DNA of 50,316 bases from an uncultured Bacteroidales bacterium (GCA_965602045.1 CBFCXR010000001.1:1-50316); one strand, 5' to 3'. Numbered from the stretch's first letter, positions 19,348 to 30,296 are shown. Made by a program: numbers and translations. The notes: generated by a model from the letters alone, not told the origin.

Positions 19348-19878
19348 TTATTTATGATTCAGTTCCAGTAATTCTACATCATATACAATTATCGATCTTG
19401 CAGGAATTTTATTATCATCTCCGATTAATCCGTGTGCCAGATGCGGAGGTAGAATAAATTTAGCTTTATCCCCTTCTCTTAATAGTAATATTCCTTCTTC
19501 CAGCCCGGACTCTATTCCTCCGCGACCGATTTCAAAGTGTTTTGGGCCAAAACTGTCTGAGCTATAACACTCTGTGCCGTCAAGCAAAGAAACATTAAAA
19601 TTAATTGTAGCATATAGTCCTTCTTTTGATTTTTTCCCGGAACCTTTTTCATATATTATATACCACAAACCCGTTTGTGTTTCAATCATATCCAGGTTTC
19701 TTCTTTTTATATAACCGGCTATTTTCTCAGAATCCTTTTTTATCAGAATTTTATTCACCTCAACAAGAGCTTCTTGTGTTTTTTTATATTCTTTCTCCGT
19801 TAGGTTTTTAGTCTCTTGTTTGCAGGAAAATAATGAAATATATAATACTATTATTATTCTGATATTATTTTTCATCAT
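19348..19878 (-). CDS. FKBP-type peptidyl-prolyl cis-trans isomerase
   Basis: 176 aa, signal/lipobox (LFSC), FKBP core (ATINFNVSLLDGT...KFILPPHLAHG...IIVYDVELLEL). Confidence 0.88.
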   Translation of the reverse strand: MMKNNIRIIIVLYISLFSCKQETKNLTEKEYKKTQEALVEVNKILIKKDSEKIAGYIKRRNLDMIETQTGLWYIIYEKGSGKKSKEGLYATINFNVSLLDGTECYSSDSFGPKHFEIGRGGIESGLEEGILLLREGDKAKFILPPHLAHGLIGDDNKIPARSIIVYDVELLELNHK

Positions 19879-20899
19879 TTAATAGTTCTTCTCTATATTC
19901 CGGCAATAAGTCCCTGAATATTTTTAATGTTTCTTCCATTGTTGCATTAGATTCTCCACCTGCAGCATTAAGATGTCCACCTCCATTAAAATGCTTTTTT
20001 GAGAATTTATTTACAGGAAAATTCCCTTTAGAACGAAATGATACTTTAACATGATCCTTCTTTTCAATAAATAATGCTGAAAAACAAATACCCTTAATTG
20101 ATAAGGGGAAATTCACAAAGCTCTCTGAATCACCTGGCTGGAATTTATACTTTTTTAATTCTTTTGTTTTCAAACTAATAAATGCAGTATTATATTCGGG
20201 AATAACTTCCATCTTTTCATTTAATGAATATCCAAGCAACTGCATTCTGCTTGCCGAGAAATTATCATAAAGTTTACAATAAATATTATCCTTATCAAAT
20301 CCGTAATCTAATAATTCTGCAACTGTTAAATATGTTTCCTTATTCGAAGAATTATAACTAAAACAACCGGTATCAGACATTATCCCCGTAAATATACAAA
20401 TAGCAACCTCTTTATTAAAGTACTTATGAAATTTATTATTATTAATAAACTGATATATTAATTCAGCAGTTGAGCTTACATTAATATCAGTAATAATATA
20501 ATCAGCATTAGGATCCGGATTAGGATGATGATCAATAATAACCTTATAAGCTTTTGATTGCTTAACGTGATTACCTAATTGTTTTATTCTTCCAAAATCA
20601 TTAAAATCAATGCCAAAAATTATTTCCGCTTCCAAAATTTTTTCAGCGGCAATTTTTTCATTGCCATGGTAAACCAAAACATCGTTATTTCCCGGCAACC
20701 AGTGTAAAAATTCCGGATAGTCATTAGGTGCAATAACACTCAGGTTATGTCCTGTATTTTTTAAAAGATTATATAATGCCAACGAAGATCCAATAGCATC
20801 CCCGTCAGGATTTATATGAGTAATAATAACAATCCTCCCGGGAGGATTGTTAAGCTTGTTAATTATCTGCTTCTTGTTACTAGTATTTTGACTTTCCAA
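19865..20899 (-). CDS. DHH-family phosphoesterase (NrnA-like oligoribonuclease/pAp phosphatase)
   Basis: 344 aa; motifs HINPDGDAIGS, DHHPNP and GGGHLNAAGG. Confidence 0.88.
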   Translation of the reverse strand: MESQNTSNKKQIINKLNNPPGRIVIITHINPDGDAIGSSLALYNLLKNTGHNLSVIAPNDYPEFLHWLPGNNDVLVYHGNEKIAAEKILEAEIIFGIDFNDFGRIKQLGNHVKQSKAYKVIIDHHPNPDPNADYIITDINVSSTAELIYQFINNNKFHKYFNKEVAICIFTGIMSDTGCFSYNSSNKETYLTVAELLDYGFDKDNIYCKLYDNFSASRMQLLGYSLNEKMEVIPEYNTAFISLKTKELKKYKFQPGDSESFVNFPLSIKGICFSALFIEKKDHVKVSFRSKGNFPVNKFSKKHFNGGGHLNAAGGESNATMEETLKIFRDLLPEYREELLNDEK

Positions 20900-20930
20900 T
20901 TTGAAAATATATTAGAATCAATACTGTTTT

Positions 20931-22349
20931 CTAATGAATTCCTATAAACATCCTTTTAAACCTTATTTTCTTAACGAAATTTTTATCTTTATCAATTGAC
21001 AACCAGATAAATTTAGGTTTTCCAACGATATGATCGTCCGGCACGAATCCCCAGAAACGGGCATCTAAGCTGCCATGGCGGTTGTCTCCCATCATCCAGT
21101 AATAGTCCATCCTGAATTTATATTCATCTGTTTCAATCTCATTTATATATATTTTACCATCCTCAACTTTTAAATTATTATTCTCATAATGATCAATTAT
21201 ACGGCGATATAAAGAAAGATTTGAAGTGTCAATTTTTATTGTTGCTCCTTTTTTGGGTATATATAAAGGTCCGAAATTATCAAGGTTCCATTTATATCTT
21301 ATATCATGGGGGAAAACCGAGAAATCATAATAACCCTGGGGCATGATTATTTTATTAACTGAAACAACATTTCTATAATTTTTAATGATTTTCAAATTGT
21401 CTTTAGTAAGAGGTATCTCCCATGCAAAATCCTTATTTATATTCCTTTTAATGTCTGTTCTTGAAATGCCCAGCTTTTCCAGTTTTCTTCTATTCAGTGC
21501 TGAACCATTTGTAATGATTTCATAATCAAATTGAATCCCCGGAATATTGTCCTGAGGTTTACTATTAACATAAACGTTGCCGTTAATAATTTCCAGAGTA
21601 TCTCCCGGAATAGCCACACATCTTTTAATATAATTGTCTCTTCTATCTACGGGATGTACGACTATATCCATATTTTCCCAGATGTTTTTCCTGGCCTTAT
21701 TATAATAATATTCATCATCTTCTCTGATTTTCCTGTAGAACATATCCATTTGTTTAAGTTTTTCAGCTTCTTGCAGAATAAGAAGATAATAACTTGTATT
21801 TCTTTGTTGTATTGCAACCGTATCGCCTTCAGGAAAATTAAATACCACTGCATCATTTCTTTTAATTTTCCCGAATCCTTTTAATCGTTTATATGGTAGT
21901 TTTATCCATTCAAGATATGACTTTGTTTTTGTTGTAAGCGGGAGGGTATTTTGGGCAAAGGGAAAAGCAAGTGGCGTGTTGGGTATTTTCGGTCCAAAAG
22001 CAACTTTGCTGACATACAGGTGGTCACCAACCAATAGCGATTTTTCCATAGAAGGCGTAGGGATTTTATAGTTTTGAAAAAGAAATATATTTATAAGTGT
22101 AACAGCAATTACCGCAAATATTAAAGCATCTAACCATTCGATTAACGTACTGTTTTTTCCTTCTCTTTTTTTCCAGAAACTCCAGTTTACTTTTTTCGAT
22201 ATATAGATATCGAATATTATTATTAATCCAGGAAATAACCAGTAACTGCCAAGCCAGATAACCCATAGAATATAAATTATTGATGCAAATGCAAACTTTA
22301 TATAATCCTTCTTAAAGAATTTCATATTTAACTTTTTAATCGGTACCAT
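20931..22349 (-). CDS. lepB: Signal peptidase I
   Basis: 472 aa; catalytic Ser box PSMEKSLLVGD, Lys box YIKRCVAIPGD, GDNRHGSLDARFWGFVP. An alternative start at 22325 (MKFFKK) aligns better with the paralog. Confidence 0.92.
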   Translation of the reverse strand: MVPIKKLNMKFFKKDYIKFAFASIIYILWVIWLGSYWLFPGLIIIFDIYISKKVNWSFWKKREGKNSTLIEWLDALIFAVIAVTLINIFLFQNYKIPTPSMEKSLLVGDHLYVSKVAFGPKIPNTPLAFPFAQNTLPLTTKTKSYLEWIKLPYKRLKGFGKIKRNDAVVFNFPEGDTVAIQQRNTSYYLLILQEAEKLKQMDMFYRKIREDDEYYYNKARKNIWENMDIVVHPVDRRDNYIKRCVAIPGDTLEIINGNVYVNSKPQDNIPGIQFDYEIITNGSALNRRKLEKLGISRTDIKRNINKDFAWEIPLTKDNLKIIKNYRNVVSVNKIIMPQGYYDFSVFPHDIRYKWNLDNFGPLYIPKKGATIKIDTSNLSLYRRIIDHYENNNLKVEDGKIYINEIETDEYKFRMDYYWMMGDNRHGSLDARFWGFVPDDHIVGKPKFIWLSIDKDKNFVKKIRFKRMFIGIH

Positions 22350-22351
22350 AT

Positions 22352-23698
22352 TTATTGAATTGATTTAAACATTCTTTTCCATCTTATTTTACCAAGTGAT
22401 TTTTTATTTTTATCCAAAGATAACCAAACAAACATTGCTTTACCAATTATATGATTTTCAGGAACGAATCCCCAGAATCTTGAATCATTTGAATTATGCC
22501 TGTTATCACCCATCATAAAATAATAATCCATTTTAAAAGTATAACAATTTGTATATTCTCCATTTATAAGTATTGAGTCGTTATTAACTGACAAATCATT
22601 ATTTTCATAAACTGAAATAATTCTGGTATATAACGGAAGATTATCAATATTGATATTTATAGTTTCATTTTTTTTTGGCACCACTAAAGTACCAAAATTA
22701 TCTTCCGTCCATAAATATTTATCATCAAAAGGAAAAATCTGACGATTAGTTGATAAGGGATCTACACTTTCATATTTACGGATACCTTTGACTATCTCAT
22801 ATTGTCTTATTTCATTATAAGTTTCCCGGGTTAAAGGTATTTCATATATTGAGTTTAAGAAATTATAATTTATATCGTATGCGGATATATCAATTTCTTC
22901 AAAAACAGAGTTGTCAATTTCCTTATTTTCAGATATTACAAAGTAGTTATACTGCAGATTTTCGGGTTCCATTTCCGGCTCTCCATTGATAAATGCTTTA
23001 CCATGTATAATTTGTATTGTATCACCAGGTATTCCGATACATCTTTTGACATAATTTTCACGTTTATCAACAGGATGTGTTTTTATTTTATAATTTTTAA
23101 ATATATGTTCATGTCCGTATTTTCTTACTAATGTATAATAAGTTTCGTCGGTTTTGGGATAATTAACTGCTACTGTATCACCCTCAGGAAAGTTAAAAAC
23201 AACAACATCATAGTTATTTATTTTAGTGTAACCCGGCAATCTTTTATACGGTAATTGCAGCCATGTTAAATAAGAACTAATTCCTTTAATAAAGGGCATT
23301 GTATTATGTGAGAATGGCATAGACATCAGGGTTTGGGGAAGTCTGGGGCCATATCTGAGTTTATTCACAAATATATAATCCCCTACGTAAATTGATTTCT
23401 CCATTGATGATGTTGAAATTGTGTAGGGTTCAATAATTAAAATCCTTAAAAAAAGAACCAATATCAGGGCAATTATGAAAGCATCCAGCAACTCTGTTTT
23501 GAATTTATATTTATCATCTTTCTTAATCCTTTTTTTCCAAAATGTCCAGTTTACCCAGTTAGTTATATATATATCTACCAGTATAATTATACCAAGAAAC
23601 AACCAGTAATTCCCAAACCATGATACAATTATGGTATATATTATCGAAGAGATTAAAAGCTTAAAATATGGATTTTTAAATAATTCTTTATAAGTCAA
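22352..23698 (-). CDS. lepB: Signal peptidase I (tandem paralog)
   Basis: 448 aa; [39 protein letters not shown]. Its stop lies 2 nt upstream of the next lepB start. Confidence 0.92.
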   Translation of the reverse strand: MTYKELFKNPYFKLLISSIIYTIIVSWFGNYWLFLGIIILVDIYITNWVNWTFWKKRIKKDDKYKFKTELLDAFIIALILVLFLRILIIEPYTISTSSMEKSIYVGDYIFVNKLRYGPRLPQTLMSMPFSHNTMPFIKGISSYLTWLQLPYKRLPGYTKINNYDVVVFNFPEGDTVAVNYPKTDETYYTLVRKYGHEHIFKNYKIKTHPVDKRENYVKRCIGIPGDTIQIIHGKAFINGEPEMEPENLQYNYFVISENKEIDNSVFEEIDISAYDINYNFLNSIYEIPLTRETYNEIRQYEIVKGIRKYESVDPLSTNRQIFPFDDKYLWTEDNFGTLVVPKKNETININIDNLPLYTRIISVYENNDLSVNNDSILINGEYTNCYTFKMDYYFMMGDNRHNSNDSRFWGFVPENHIIGKAMFVWLSLDKNKKSLGKIRWKRMFKSIQ

Positions 23699-23709
23699 TT
23701 TGTAAAAGA

Positions 23710-24432
23710 TTATTTATCTAACCGGAGAAGATCATTAATAGTGTAATATCCCTTTTTATCTTTTATAAATTCAGCTGCCAAAACGGCTCCCAAAGCCAAT
23801 CCTTTTCTGCTTTTTGAAGAATGCTGAATTTCAATGGTATCCACAGGAGAATTGTATGTAACTTTATGGATTCCTGTAATATTGTCTTTTCTTATTGAAG
23901 TTATTTTAATTGAATTATCATCTGAGGCTTTATTTAGTTCCCATTTATTTTTTCGGTTAATAACAGGAATAATATCGTTAGCTAATTTTATTGCTGTACC
24001 ACTAGGCGCATCCAGTTTTTGAGTATGATGAGTTTCTTCCATTGTTATTTCATAATCGGAGAACAAATTCATTATTCCTGCCAGATATTTATTAAGTTGC
24101 ATGAATATATTTACACCAAGGCTAAAATTTGCAGCATAAAAAAGGGTCTTATTATTTTCTTTACAGATTGCTATTATTTCTTCAAATTTATTGAGCCAAC
24201 CGGTTGTACCCGAAACAACAGGCGTATTTAATTCAAAACATTTAAGTATGTTTGAATATGCACTATCGGGTAGAGAGAAATCAACAGCAACATCTACATT
24301 TGAAAGATTCTTCTTATTCAGGTCGGATTGGTTATTGATATCAATAATTAATGAAATACTATGGTTTCTTTCAATGGCAGCTTTTTCTATTTCCTTGCCC
24401 ATTTTACCATAACCAAGTATTGCAATGTTCAT
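23710..24432 (-). CDS. dapB: 4-hydroxy-tetrahydrodipicolinate reductase
   Basis: 240 aa; NAD-binding N-terminus ILGYGKMG and signature [16 protein letters not shown]. Confidence 0.93.
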   Translation of the reverse strand: MNIAILGYGKMGKEIEKAAIERNHSISLIIDINNQSDLNKKNLSNVDVAVDFSLPDSAYSNILKCFELNTPVVSGTTGWLNKFEEIIAICKENNKTLFYAANFSLGVNIFMQLNKYLAGIMNLFSDYEITMEETHHTQKLDAPSGTAIKLANDIIPVINRKNKWELNKASDDNSIKITSIRKDNITGIHKVTYNSPVDTIEIQHSSKSRKGLALGAVLAAEFIKDKKGYYTINDLLRLDK

Positions 24433-24575
24433 AGTTATTTTTCTGATTTATTGTTTGAGAAGATACATAATTGTATAAATATGTCATTTTATTATGAATC
24501 TCATCTGGAGTCCGGAGCTTCGGAATGATTTTTCAGGTGACTTTTTAAGACAGCTTTGATATTATTTTAAGCTGA

Positions 24576-24920
24576 TTATTTAATAGATTTTACAATTGAT
24601 TCAAAAGCTTCCGGGTTATTCATGGCCAAATCAGCCAGAACTTTCCTGTTAATTTCTATTCCTTTCTTTTTAAGTTTTCCCATGAATTCCGAATATGACA
24701 TTCCATATTGTCTGACTCCTGCATTAATACGCTGAATCCATAAAGCTCTGAAATTTCCCTTTTTCTTTCTTCTATCCCTGTATGCATATTGAAGAGCTTT
24801 TTCATAGGCATTTTTTGCCACTGTAAAAACATTCTTGCGACGTCCAAAGTAGCCCTTAGTCTCATTAAGAATTTTTTTTCTTCTTCTTTTTGATGCAACA
24901 GCATTTGTAGTTCTTGGCAT
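24576..24920 (-). CDS. rplT: 50S ribosomal protein L20
   Basis: [18 protein letters not shown] is the canonical L20 N-terminus. The 14-codon upstream extension in the ORF track is not supported. Confidence 0.95.
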   Translation of the reverse strand: MPRTTNAVASKRRRKKILNETKGYFGRRKNVFTVAKNAYEKALQYAYRDRRKKKGNFRALWIQRINAGVRQYGMSYSEFMGKLKKKGIEINRKVLADLAMNNPEAFESIVKSIK

Positions 24921-25026
24921 ACCTATATTTTTTTGAATGAAAAGCGGTCTGCTATACAGCAAAACTCTTAGGTGCTAATTCACTCTGATTAAAAAACTAT
25001 GATTTATTATTAAGAATATAAAATAT

Positions 25027-25224
25027 CTATTTTAATGCTAATAAAAGCTTTGCACTTTTAATGTCAGCTTTGTGCACAGTTCCAAAATATCCAAGGTTTC
25101 TTTTTCTTTTTTTAGACTTCTTGGTTAATATATGGCTTTTATAAGCATGTTTTCTCTTAATTTTCCCTGTCCCGGTAAGTGAATATCTTTTTTTTGCTCC
25201 GGGATTTGTTTTCATCTTAGGCAT
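25027..25224 (-). CDS. rpmI: 50S ribosomal protein L35
   Basis: 65 aa, [14 protein letters not shown], highly basic. Confidence 0.95.
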   Translation of the reverse strand: MPKMKTNPGAKKRYSLTGTGKIKRKHAYKSHILTKKSKKRKRNLGYFGTVHKADIKSAKLLLALK

Positions 25225-25247
25225 TCTTCTTATATTTTTTGAAATTG

Positions 25248-25811
25248 TTAAGTTTTCTTCTTTATTGGTTTTGGTGTAATTATCATGTTCATCCTTTTTC
25301 CTTCCAGTTTTGGCATTTGTTCCACTTTACCTAATTCTTCAAGATCTTGTGCAAAGCGTAATAAAAGAATTTGTCCGTCTTCACTATAAATAATTGTTCG
25401 TCCCTTAAAAAACACATAAGCTTTGACTTTTGCTCCATCCATTAAAAATTTTTGAGCATGTCTTAGCTTAAAGTTGTAATCATGATTATCAGTATGAGGC
25501 CCGAACCTGATTTCTTTAACAACTATCCTGGCAGTCTTTGCTTTCAACTCTTTTTGCTTCTTCTTTTGCTGATAAAGAAATTTTTGATAATCAATGATCT
25601 TACAAACCGGTGGATTTGCATTCGGTGAGATTTCTACCAAATCAAGATCCATATTATCAGCTAAGCCAAGAGCTTCGTTGATAGGATAAACATCAGGTTT
25701 TTCAATATTATCACCGACTAGTCTTACTTTTGCTGCTCTAATTTCGTCATTCTTTGCAAAATGCGGGATATCTGCATATTTACCGCTTCTTTTGAAATTT
25801 TGTACAGCTAT
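25248..25811 (-). CDS. infC: Translation initiation factor IF-3, non-AUG (AUA) start
   Basis: The frame stays open upstream of the first ATG (25652) up to a TAG at 25824-25826. It encodes the IF-3 N-domain ([43 protein letters not shown]). Two in-frame ATA codons (25817, 25811) follow AGGAGG (25819-25824). The exact start is uncertain. Confidence 0.85.
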   Translation of the reverse strand: MAVQNFKRSGKYADIPHFAKNDEIRAAKVRLVGDNIEKPDVYPINEALGLADNMDLDLVEISPNANPPVCKIIDYQKFLYQQKKKQKELKAKTARIVVKEIRFGPHTDNHDYNFKLRHAQKFLMDGAKVKAYVFFKGRTIIYSEDGQILLLRFAQDLEELGKVEQMPKLEGKRMNMIITPKPIKKKT

Positions 25812-25840
25812 CTTTATGTCCTCCTATATTTAATTAAAAA

Positions 25841-27790
25841 TCAATTATTAATAGAATCAAAATGATTGTCAATTTCTTTATTTAAAGATAATATAAAATC
25901 TTCTAATTTCATAATACCTTTATCACCCTCACCATGTTTTCGTACTGATATTGTATTGTTTGTAACTTCTTTTTCGCCAATAATTATGAGATAAGGAATC
26001 TTTTTCATTTCATTATCTCTAATTTTTTTTCCAATTTTTTCACTTCTATGATCAATCAGGGTGCGAATATCGGAATTATTTAGAAAATTTAAAACTTTTT
26101 CTGCATAATCATTAAATTTTTCGCTTATCGGAAGTATGACTACCTGGTCTGGTGCCAGCCAAAGAGGAAAATTACCTGCTGTATGCTCAATTAGAACAGC
26201 AATAAATCTCTCCATTGATCCAAAGGGAGCCCTGTGAATCATAACGGGCCGGTGCTTCTGGTCATCACTGCCGGTGTATTCCAGCTCAAATCTATCAGGT
26301 AAATTATAGTCAACCTGAATTGTGCCGAGTTGCCATTTACGGCCAATAGCATCTCTGACTATAAAATCAAGCTTTGGCCCGTAAAATGCTGCTTCACCAT
26401 ATTCAATTGTTTTTTCAAGCCCCTTTTCTTCAGTAGCTTCTATTATTGCTTTTTCTGCTTTTTCCCAATTTTCATCAGTGCCAATATACTTATCCGTATC
26501 ATTAGGATCACGAAGTGATACTTGTGTTGTGAAATCATTAAAATCAAGTGCCCTGAATATATATAATATAATATTAATAACTTTTGAAAATTCTTCCTTC
26601 ACCTGATCGGGCCGGCAGAAAATATGAGAATCGTCAATAGTAAATCCTCTGACCCTTGTAAGACCGTGTAGTTCTCCGCTTTGCTCGTACCGATAAACAG
26701 CACCGAATTCTGCTATACGTATAGGTAAATCTTTATATGACCGTGGTTTCCTGCTGTAAATTTCACAATGATGTGGGCAATTCATTGGCCTAAGCAGGAA
26801 TTCTTCTCCTTCTGCAGGTGTACTGATTGGTCTAAATGAATCTTTACCATATTTTTCATAGTGCCCTGATGTTACGTAAAGTTCCTTTTGTCCGATGTGC
26901 GGAGTAATTACAGGAAGATACCCATGCTCCTTCTGGACTTTCTTTAAAAAGTTTTCGAGCAACTCTCTGAGCACTGTCCCTTTTGGTAACCATAAAGGTA
27001 AACCCTGTCCGACCCTGGCAGAGAAAGTAAACAGTTCAAGTTCTTTGCCAATTTTTCTATGATCCCTGGCTTTTGCCTGTTCCAGCAAGTTAAGGTAATC
27101 GTCAAGCATTTTTTTCTTTGGGAAAGAAATTCCGTATATTCTTGTAAGCTGTTTCCTTTTTTCGTCTCCACGCCAATATGCACCGGCAATACTTAATAGC
27201 TTTATCGCTTTAATTGATCGGGTGTCAGGTAAATGCGGCCCGCGGCATAAGTCAGTAAAACTTCCCTGGGTATAAGTCGATATATTCCCGTCCTCAAGCT
27301 CATTTATTAATTCAATTTTATATTCATCTCCCTTTGCTTTAAAATAGGCTATTGCTTCTGCTTTATTTATTTCTTTACGAATAAATTTATTGTCCTTACT
27401 GCCAAGTTCATACATCTTTTTTTCTATCTTTGGAAGGTCAGCATCCACTATTACAGCACCATTTCCGGGATCAACATCATAATAAAACCCGTTTTCTATT
27501 GAAGGGCCAATACCAAACTTAATACCAGGATAAAGCGTCTCTAATGCTGCAGCCATTAAATGTGCAGACGAATGCCAGAACGCATGCTTACCTTCAGGAT
27601 CATTAAATTTATGAAGTTTTATGCTGGCATCAATATTTATCGGCCTTGTAATATCCCAGACCTCACCATTTACCGTTATGGCAGTAACTTCATTAGCTAA
27701 GCCGGAACTAATGCTTTTTGCTAATTCCAAACCGTTTATTCCATCTTTATATTCTTTAACAGAATTATCCGGAAAAGTAATTTTTATCAT
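25841..27790 (-). CDS. thrS: Threonine--tRNA ligase
   Basis: 649 aa; TGS N-domain, editing-domain HSSAH motif, class II core ([22 protein letters not shown]), anticodon-binding C-terminus. Confidence 0.96.
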   Translation of the reverse strand: MIKITFPDNSVKEYKDGINGLELAKSISSGLANEVTAITVNGEVWDITRPINIDASIKLHKFNDPEGKHAFWHSSAHLMAAALETLYPGIKFGIGPSIENGFYYDVDPGNGAVIVDADLPKIEKKMYELGSKDNKFIRKEINKAEAIAYFKAKGDEYKIELINELEDGNISTYTQGSFTDLCRGPHLPDTRSIKAIKLLSIAGAYWRGDEKRKQLTRIYGISFPKKKMLDDYLNLLEQAKARDHRKIGKELELFTFSARVGQGLPLWLPKGTVLRELLENFLKKVQKEHGYLPVITPHIGQKELYVTSGHYEKYGKDSFRPISTPAEGEEFLLRPMNCPHHCEIYSRKPRSYKDLPIRIAEFGAVYRYEQSGELHGLTRVRGFTIDDSHIFCRPDQVKEEFSKVINIILYIFRALDFNDFTTQVSLRDPNDTDKYIGTDENWEKAEKAIIEATEEKGLEKTIEYGEAAFYGPKLDFIVRDAIGRKWQLGTIQVDYNLPDRFELEYTGSDDQKHRPVMIHRAPFGSMERFIAVLIEHTAGNFPLWLAPDQVVILPISEKFNDYAEKVLNFLNNSDIRTLIDHRSEKIGKKIRDNEMKKIPYLIIIGEKEVTNNTISVRKHGEGDKGIMKLEDFILSLNKEIDNHFDSINN

Positions 27791-27822
27791 GGGATTTGAG
27801 ACTTAATTTAAATTTCGAAGTG

Positions 27823-27830
27823 CAAAGATA
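27823..27830 (-). promoter_or_regulatory. Candidate -7 box TATCTTTG for thrS-infC-rpmI-rplT
   Basis: The + strand reads caaagata, about 33 nt upstream of the thrS ATG. Matches TAnnTTTG. Confidence 0.3.
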
Positions 27831-27917
27831 TAAATTAATTCAATTTAATAGATCAGGTTGCTGGTTACTTATTGCTGGTGGCTCGCCGAATCTTGCCTGA
27901 CTGAAGGCAAATGACAA

Positions 27918-27944
27918 TAATTCCTGCCAGACGGGCAGGAATTA
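27918..27944. other. Perfect 11-bp inverted repeat (stem-loop, 5-nt loop) in the thrS/DPP-IV divergent intergenic region; function unknown
   Basis: taattcctgcc-agacg-ggcaggaatta. A second 6-bp hairpin, ttgcct-gactga-aggcaa, lies at 27893-27910. Confidence 0.5.
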
Positions 27945-28103
27945 CAAAGAATAAATAATAAAAAACAAATAACAATTTTCAAATAATGAATATTTTAGTA
28001 ATTGGAATTTATGTATTATTTGATATTTGTTACTCACTATAATACTTGAAATATTAATTGAGGAATAATAAAATCCAACAATTTATAAAAAACTATAAAT
28101 CAA

Positions 28104-30296
28104 ATGAATAAAAGCTTGTACGTAAAAATAAACCTGTTTATTGCATTATCCTTTTTCCTGGATGCCAGACTTGTCCATGCACAAACAGAAGAAGAAATTT
28201 CACTGGATAAAATATATCTTGAAGGCACATTTAATCAAACAATAATTGACAAACTAACATCAATGAAAGATGGGGAACACTATACTATATTGGAAGGAAA
28301 TAAGTCAATTATAAAATATAATTATGAAACAGGTACTGCTGTTGATACAATATTTGCAGTAAACAGGCATTATGATGAGAATTTAAGGCAAATATCAGAT
28401 TATGAGTTTGACAGTAATGAATCACAACTTCTACTTGTCACTTCCAGGCAAATGATATACAGGCATTCTTTTTCAGCTGATTATTATATCTGTAACCTAA
28501 AGGATAATAGTATAACACCATTATCACCCGGAGGCAGTCAGAGACTTGCTACATTTTCACCTGAAAGTAATAAGGTCGGATATGTCTTTAATAATAACCT
28601 GTATTACAGGGATCTTTTAAATAATAAAACGGTTCAAATAACAAAAGATGGTAAAGAGAATGAAATAATTAACGGTGCCCCGGACTGGGTGTATGAAGAA
28701 GAATTTGAGTTTACAAAGGCTTTTGAATGGTCGCCGGATGGCAGTAAAATTGCTTTTTACAGATTTGATGAGTCACAGGTTAAGCAATTCAATATAGTGA
28801 TATACGATTCACTATATCCTGAATTGTTTAAATACAAATACCCTAAAGCAGGTGAAGATAACTCGGTAGTTAGCATTCATGTATATGATGTAATTACAGG
28901 ACTTACAAAAACTATGGATATTGGTGCCAATAGTGATCAGTACATTCAGGGAATCAAATGGACAAAAGATCCGGATAAACTATGTATAACCAGGCTTAAC
29001 AGATTGCAAAACAGAATGGATATTATATTTGCTGATGCCTCTACCGGAAAATCGAAAATAATTCACACTGAAGAAAGCAAATATTATGTTTCTGAAATTA
29101 CTGATAGCCATATAACATTTGTTAATGATAAAAGGCATTTTATCCTCAGGAGCGGTATTGATGGCTATATGCATTTTTATTTTTTTGATATTAATGGTAA
29201 CTTAATAAATCAGATAACCGGAGGTGAGTGGGATGCTGATGAGTGCCTGGGAGTTGATTTGGATAATAGTTTGTTATTTTACAGCTCATCGGAAGACTCT
29301 CCGTTAGAGCGTCATGTGTATTCAATAAAACTGGATGGCACAGAAAAAAATAAGCTCACAAAAAAAACAGGGACTAACACGGTTGTTTTCAGCAGGGGAT
29401 TTAAATATTTTATTAACTTTAATTCAACAGCTGATTCACCTTACTACATTACTGTTCATGGTTCGTCAGGTAAACTTATAAGAGTCCTGGAGGACAATAA
29501 AATATTGTCAGACAGGATAAAGATATATGGATTTATAAAAAAAGAATTTATAAAAATTCCGGTATCAGATAATCTGGAATTAAATGCTTATTTAATTAAA
29601 CCGGCTGATTTTGATGAGTCAAAACAATACCCTTTATTTTTTTACGTTTACGGCGGGCCCGGCTCACAAAGAGTTAAAAATGAATGGGAATCAAGATTAG
29701 CATGGCATCAGATGCTGGTTCAAAATGGATATATTGTAGCTTGTGTTGATAACAGGGGAACAGGCGCCCGTGGGGAGGAATTCAGGAAATGCATTTATAT
29801 GCAGTTAGGTAAGCTGGAAACTGAAGATTTAATAAAGTCGGCAGAATACCTTGCGGGCTTGCCATATATTGATAAATCAAGAATTGGAATATTCGGAGGA
29901 AGTTATGGAGGTTATTTAACCCTGTTATGCCTGACAAAAGGGGCTCATGTTTTCAAAACCGGCATTGCATTGTCACCCGTAACTTACTGGCGTTTTTATA
30001 ATACCATATATACTGAAAGATATATGCGTAAACCGGAAGATAATATAAAAGGTTATGAAGAGGGTTCACCAATAAACTATGTTAATAAATTGACGAGTGA
30101 TTTATTATTAATTCACGGTACTGCTGATGATAATGTTCATATTCAACATTCTATGGTGCTGATTGAAAGGTTAATCAAGAATAATATCCAGTTTGAAATG
30201 CAACTTTATCCTAATCTAAAACATGGAATAATTGGAGGTTATGCAAGATATCACTTATATAAATTAATAACAGACTTTATTTACAGGAATCTGTAA
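28104..30296 (+). CDS. Dipeptidyl-peptidase IV (S9B prolyl peptidase)
   Basis: 730 aa, signal peptide, DPPIV N-terminal propeller (DWVYEEEF), catalytic triad contexts GGSYGGY, GTADDNVH, NLKHG. Confidence 0.92.
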   Translation: MNKSLYVKINLFIALSFFLDARLVHAQTEEEISLDKIYLEGTFNQTIIDKLTSMKDGEHYTILEGNKSIIKYNYETGTAVDTIFAVNRHYDENLRQISDYEFDSNESQLLLVTSRQMIYRHSFSADYYICNLKDNSITPLSPGGSQRLATFSPESNKVGYVFNNNLYYRDLLNNKTVQITKDGKENEIINGAPDWVYEEEFEFTKAFEWSPDGSKIAFYRFDESQVKQFNIVIYDSLYPELFKYKYPKAGEDNSVVSIHVYDVITGLTKTMDIGANSDQYIQGIKWTKDPDKLCITRLNRLQNRMDIIFADASTGKSKIIHTEESKYYVSEITDSHITFVNDKRHFILRSGIDGYMHFYFFDINGNLINQITGGEWDADECLGVDLDNSLLFYSSSEDSPLERHVYSIKLDGTEKNKLTKKTGTNTVVFSRGFKYFINFNSTADSPYYITVHGSSGKLIRVLEDNKILSDRIKIYGFIKKEFIKIPVSDNLELNAYLIKPADFDESKQYPLFFYVYGGPGSQRVKNEWESRLAWHQMLVQNGYIVACVDNRGTGARGEEFRKCIYMQLGKLETEDLIKSAEYLAGLPYIDKSRIGIFGGSYGGYLTLLCLTKGAHVFKTGIALSPVTYWRFYNTIYTERYMRKPEDNIKGYEEGSPINYVNKLTSDLLLIHGTADDNVHIQHSMVLIERLIKNNIQFEMQLYPNLKHGIIGGYARYHLYKLITDFIYRNL

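Noticed and set aside
24433-24575. Terminator after rplT (tccg-gagctt-cgga)
   Set aside because: Only a 4-bp stem, and no U-tract in the minus-strand sense. Not convincing.
24921-24962. 14-codon N-terminal extension of rplT ([14 protein letters not shown])
   Set aside because: L20 universally begins MPR(V/T)K-like. The extension starts at a non-ATG codon and has no homology.
25248-25652. infC as the 134-aa ATG-initiated ORF from the track
   Set aside because: It would lack the whole IF-3 N-terminal domain, which is clearly encoded in-frame upstream (…[37 protein letters not shown]…). The ORF was extended to a non-AUG start.
27791-27950. T-box riboswitch or E. coli-type operator upstream of thrS
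   Set aside because: No T-box consensus or specifier-loop architecture is visible. The candidate -7 box leaves only a 26-nt leader or so, which puts the hairpins upstream of the likely transcription start. The CGU-containing loop is noted in the findings as a weak idea only.
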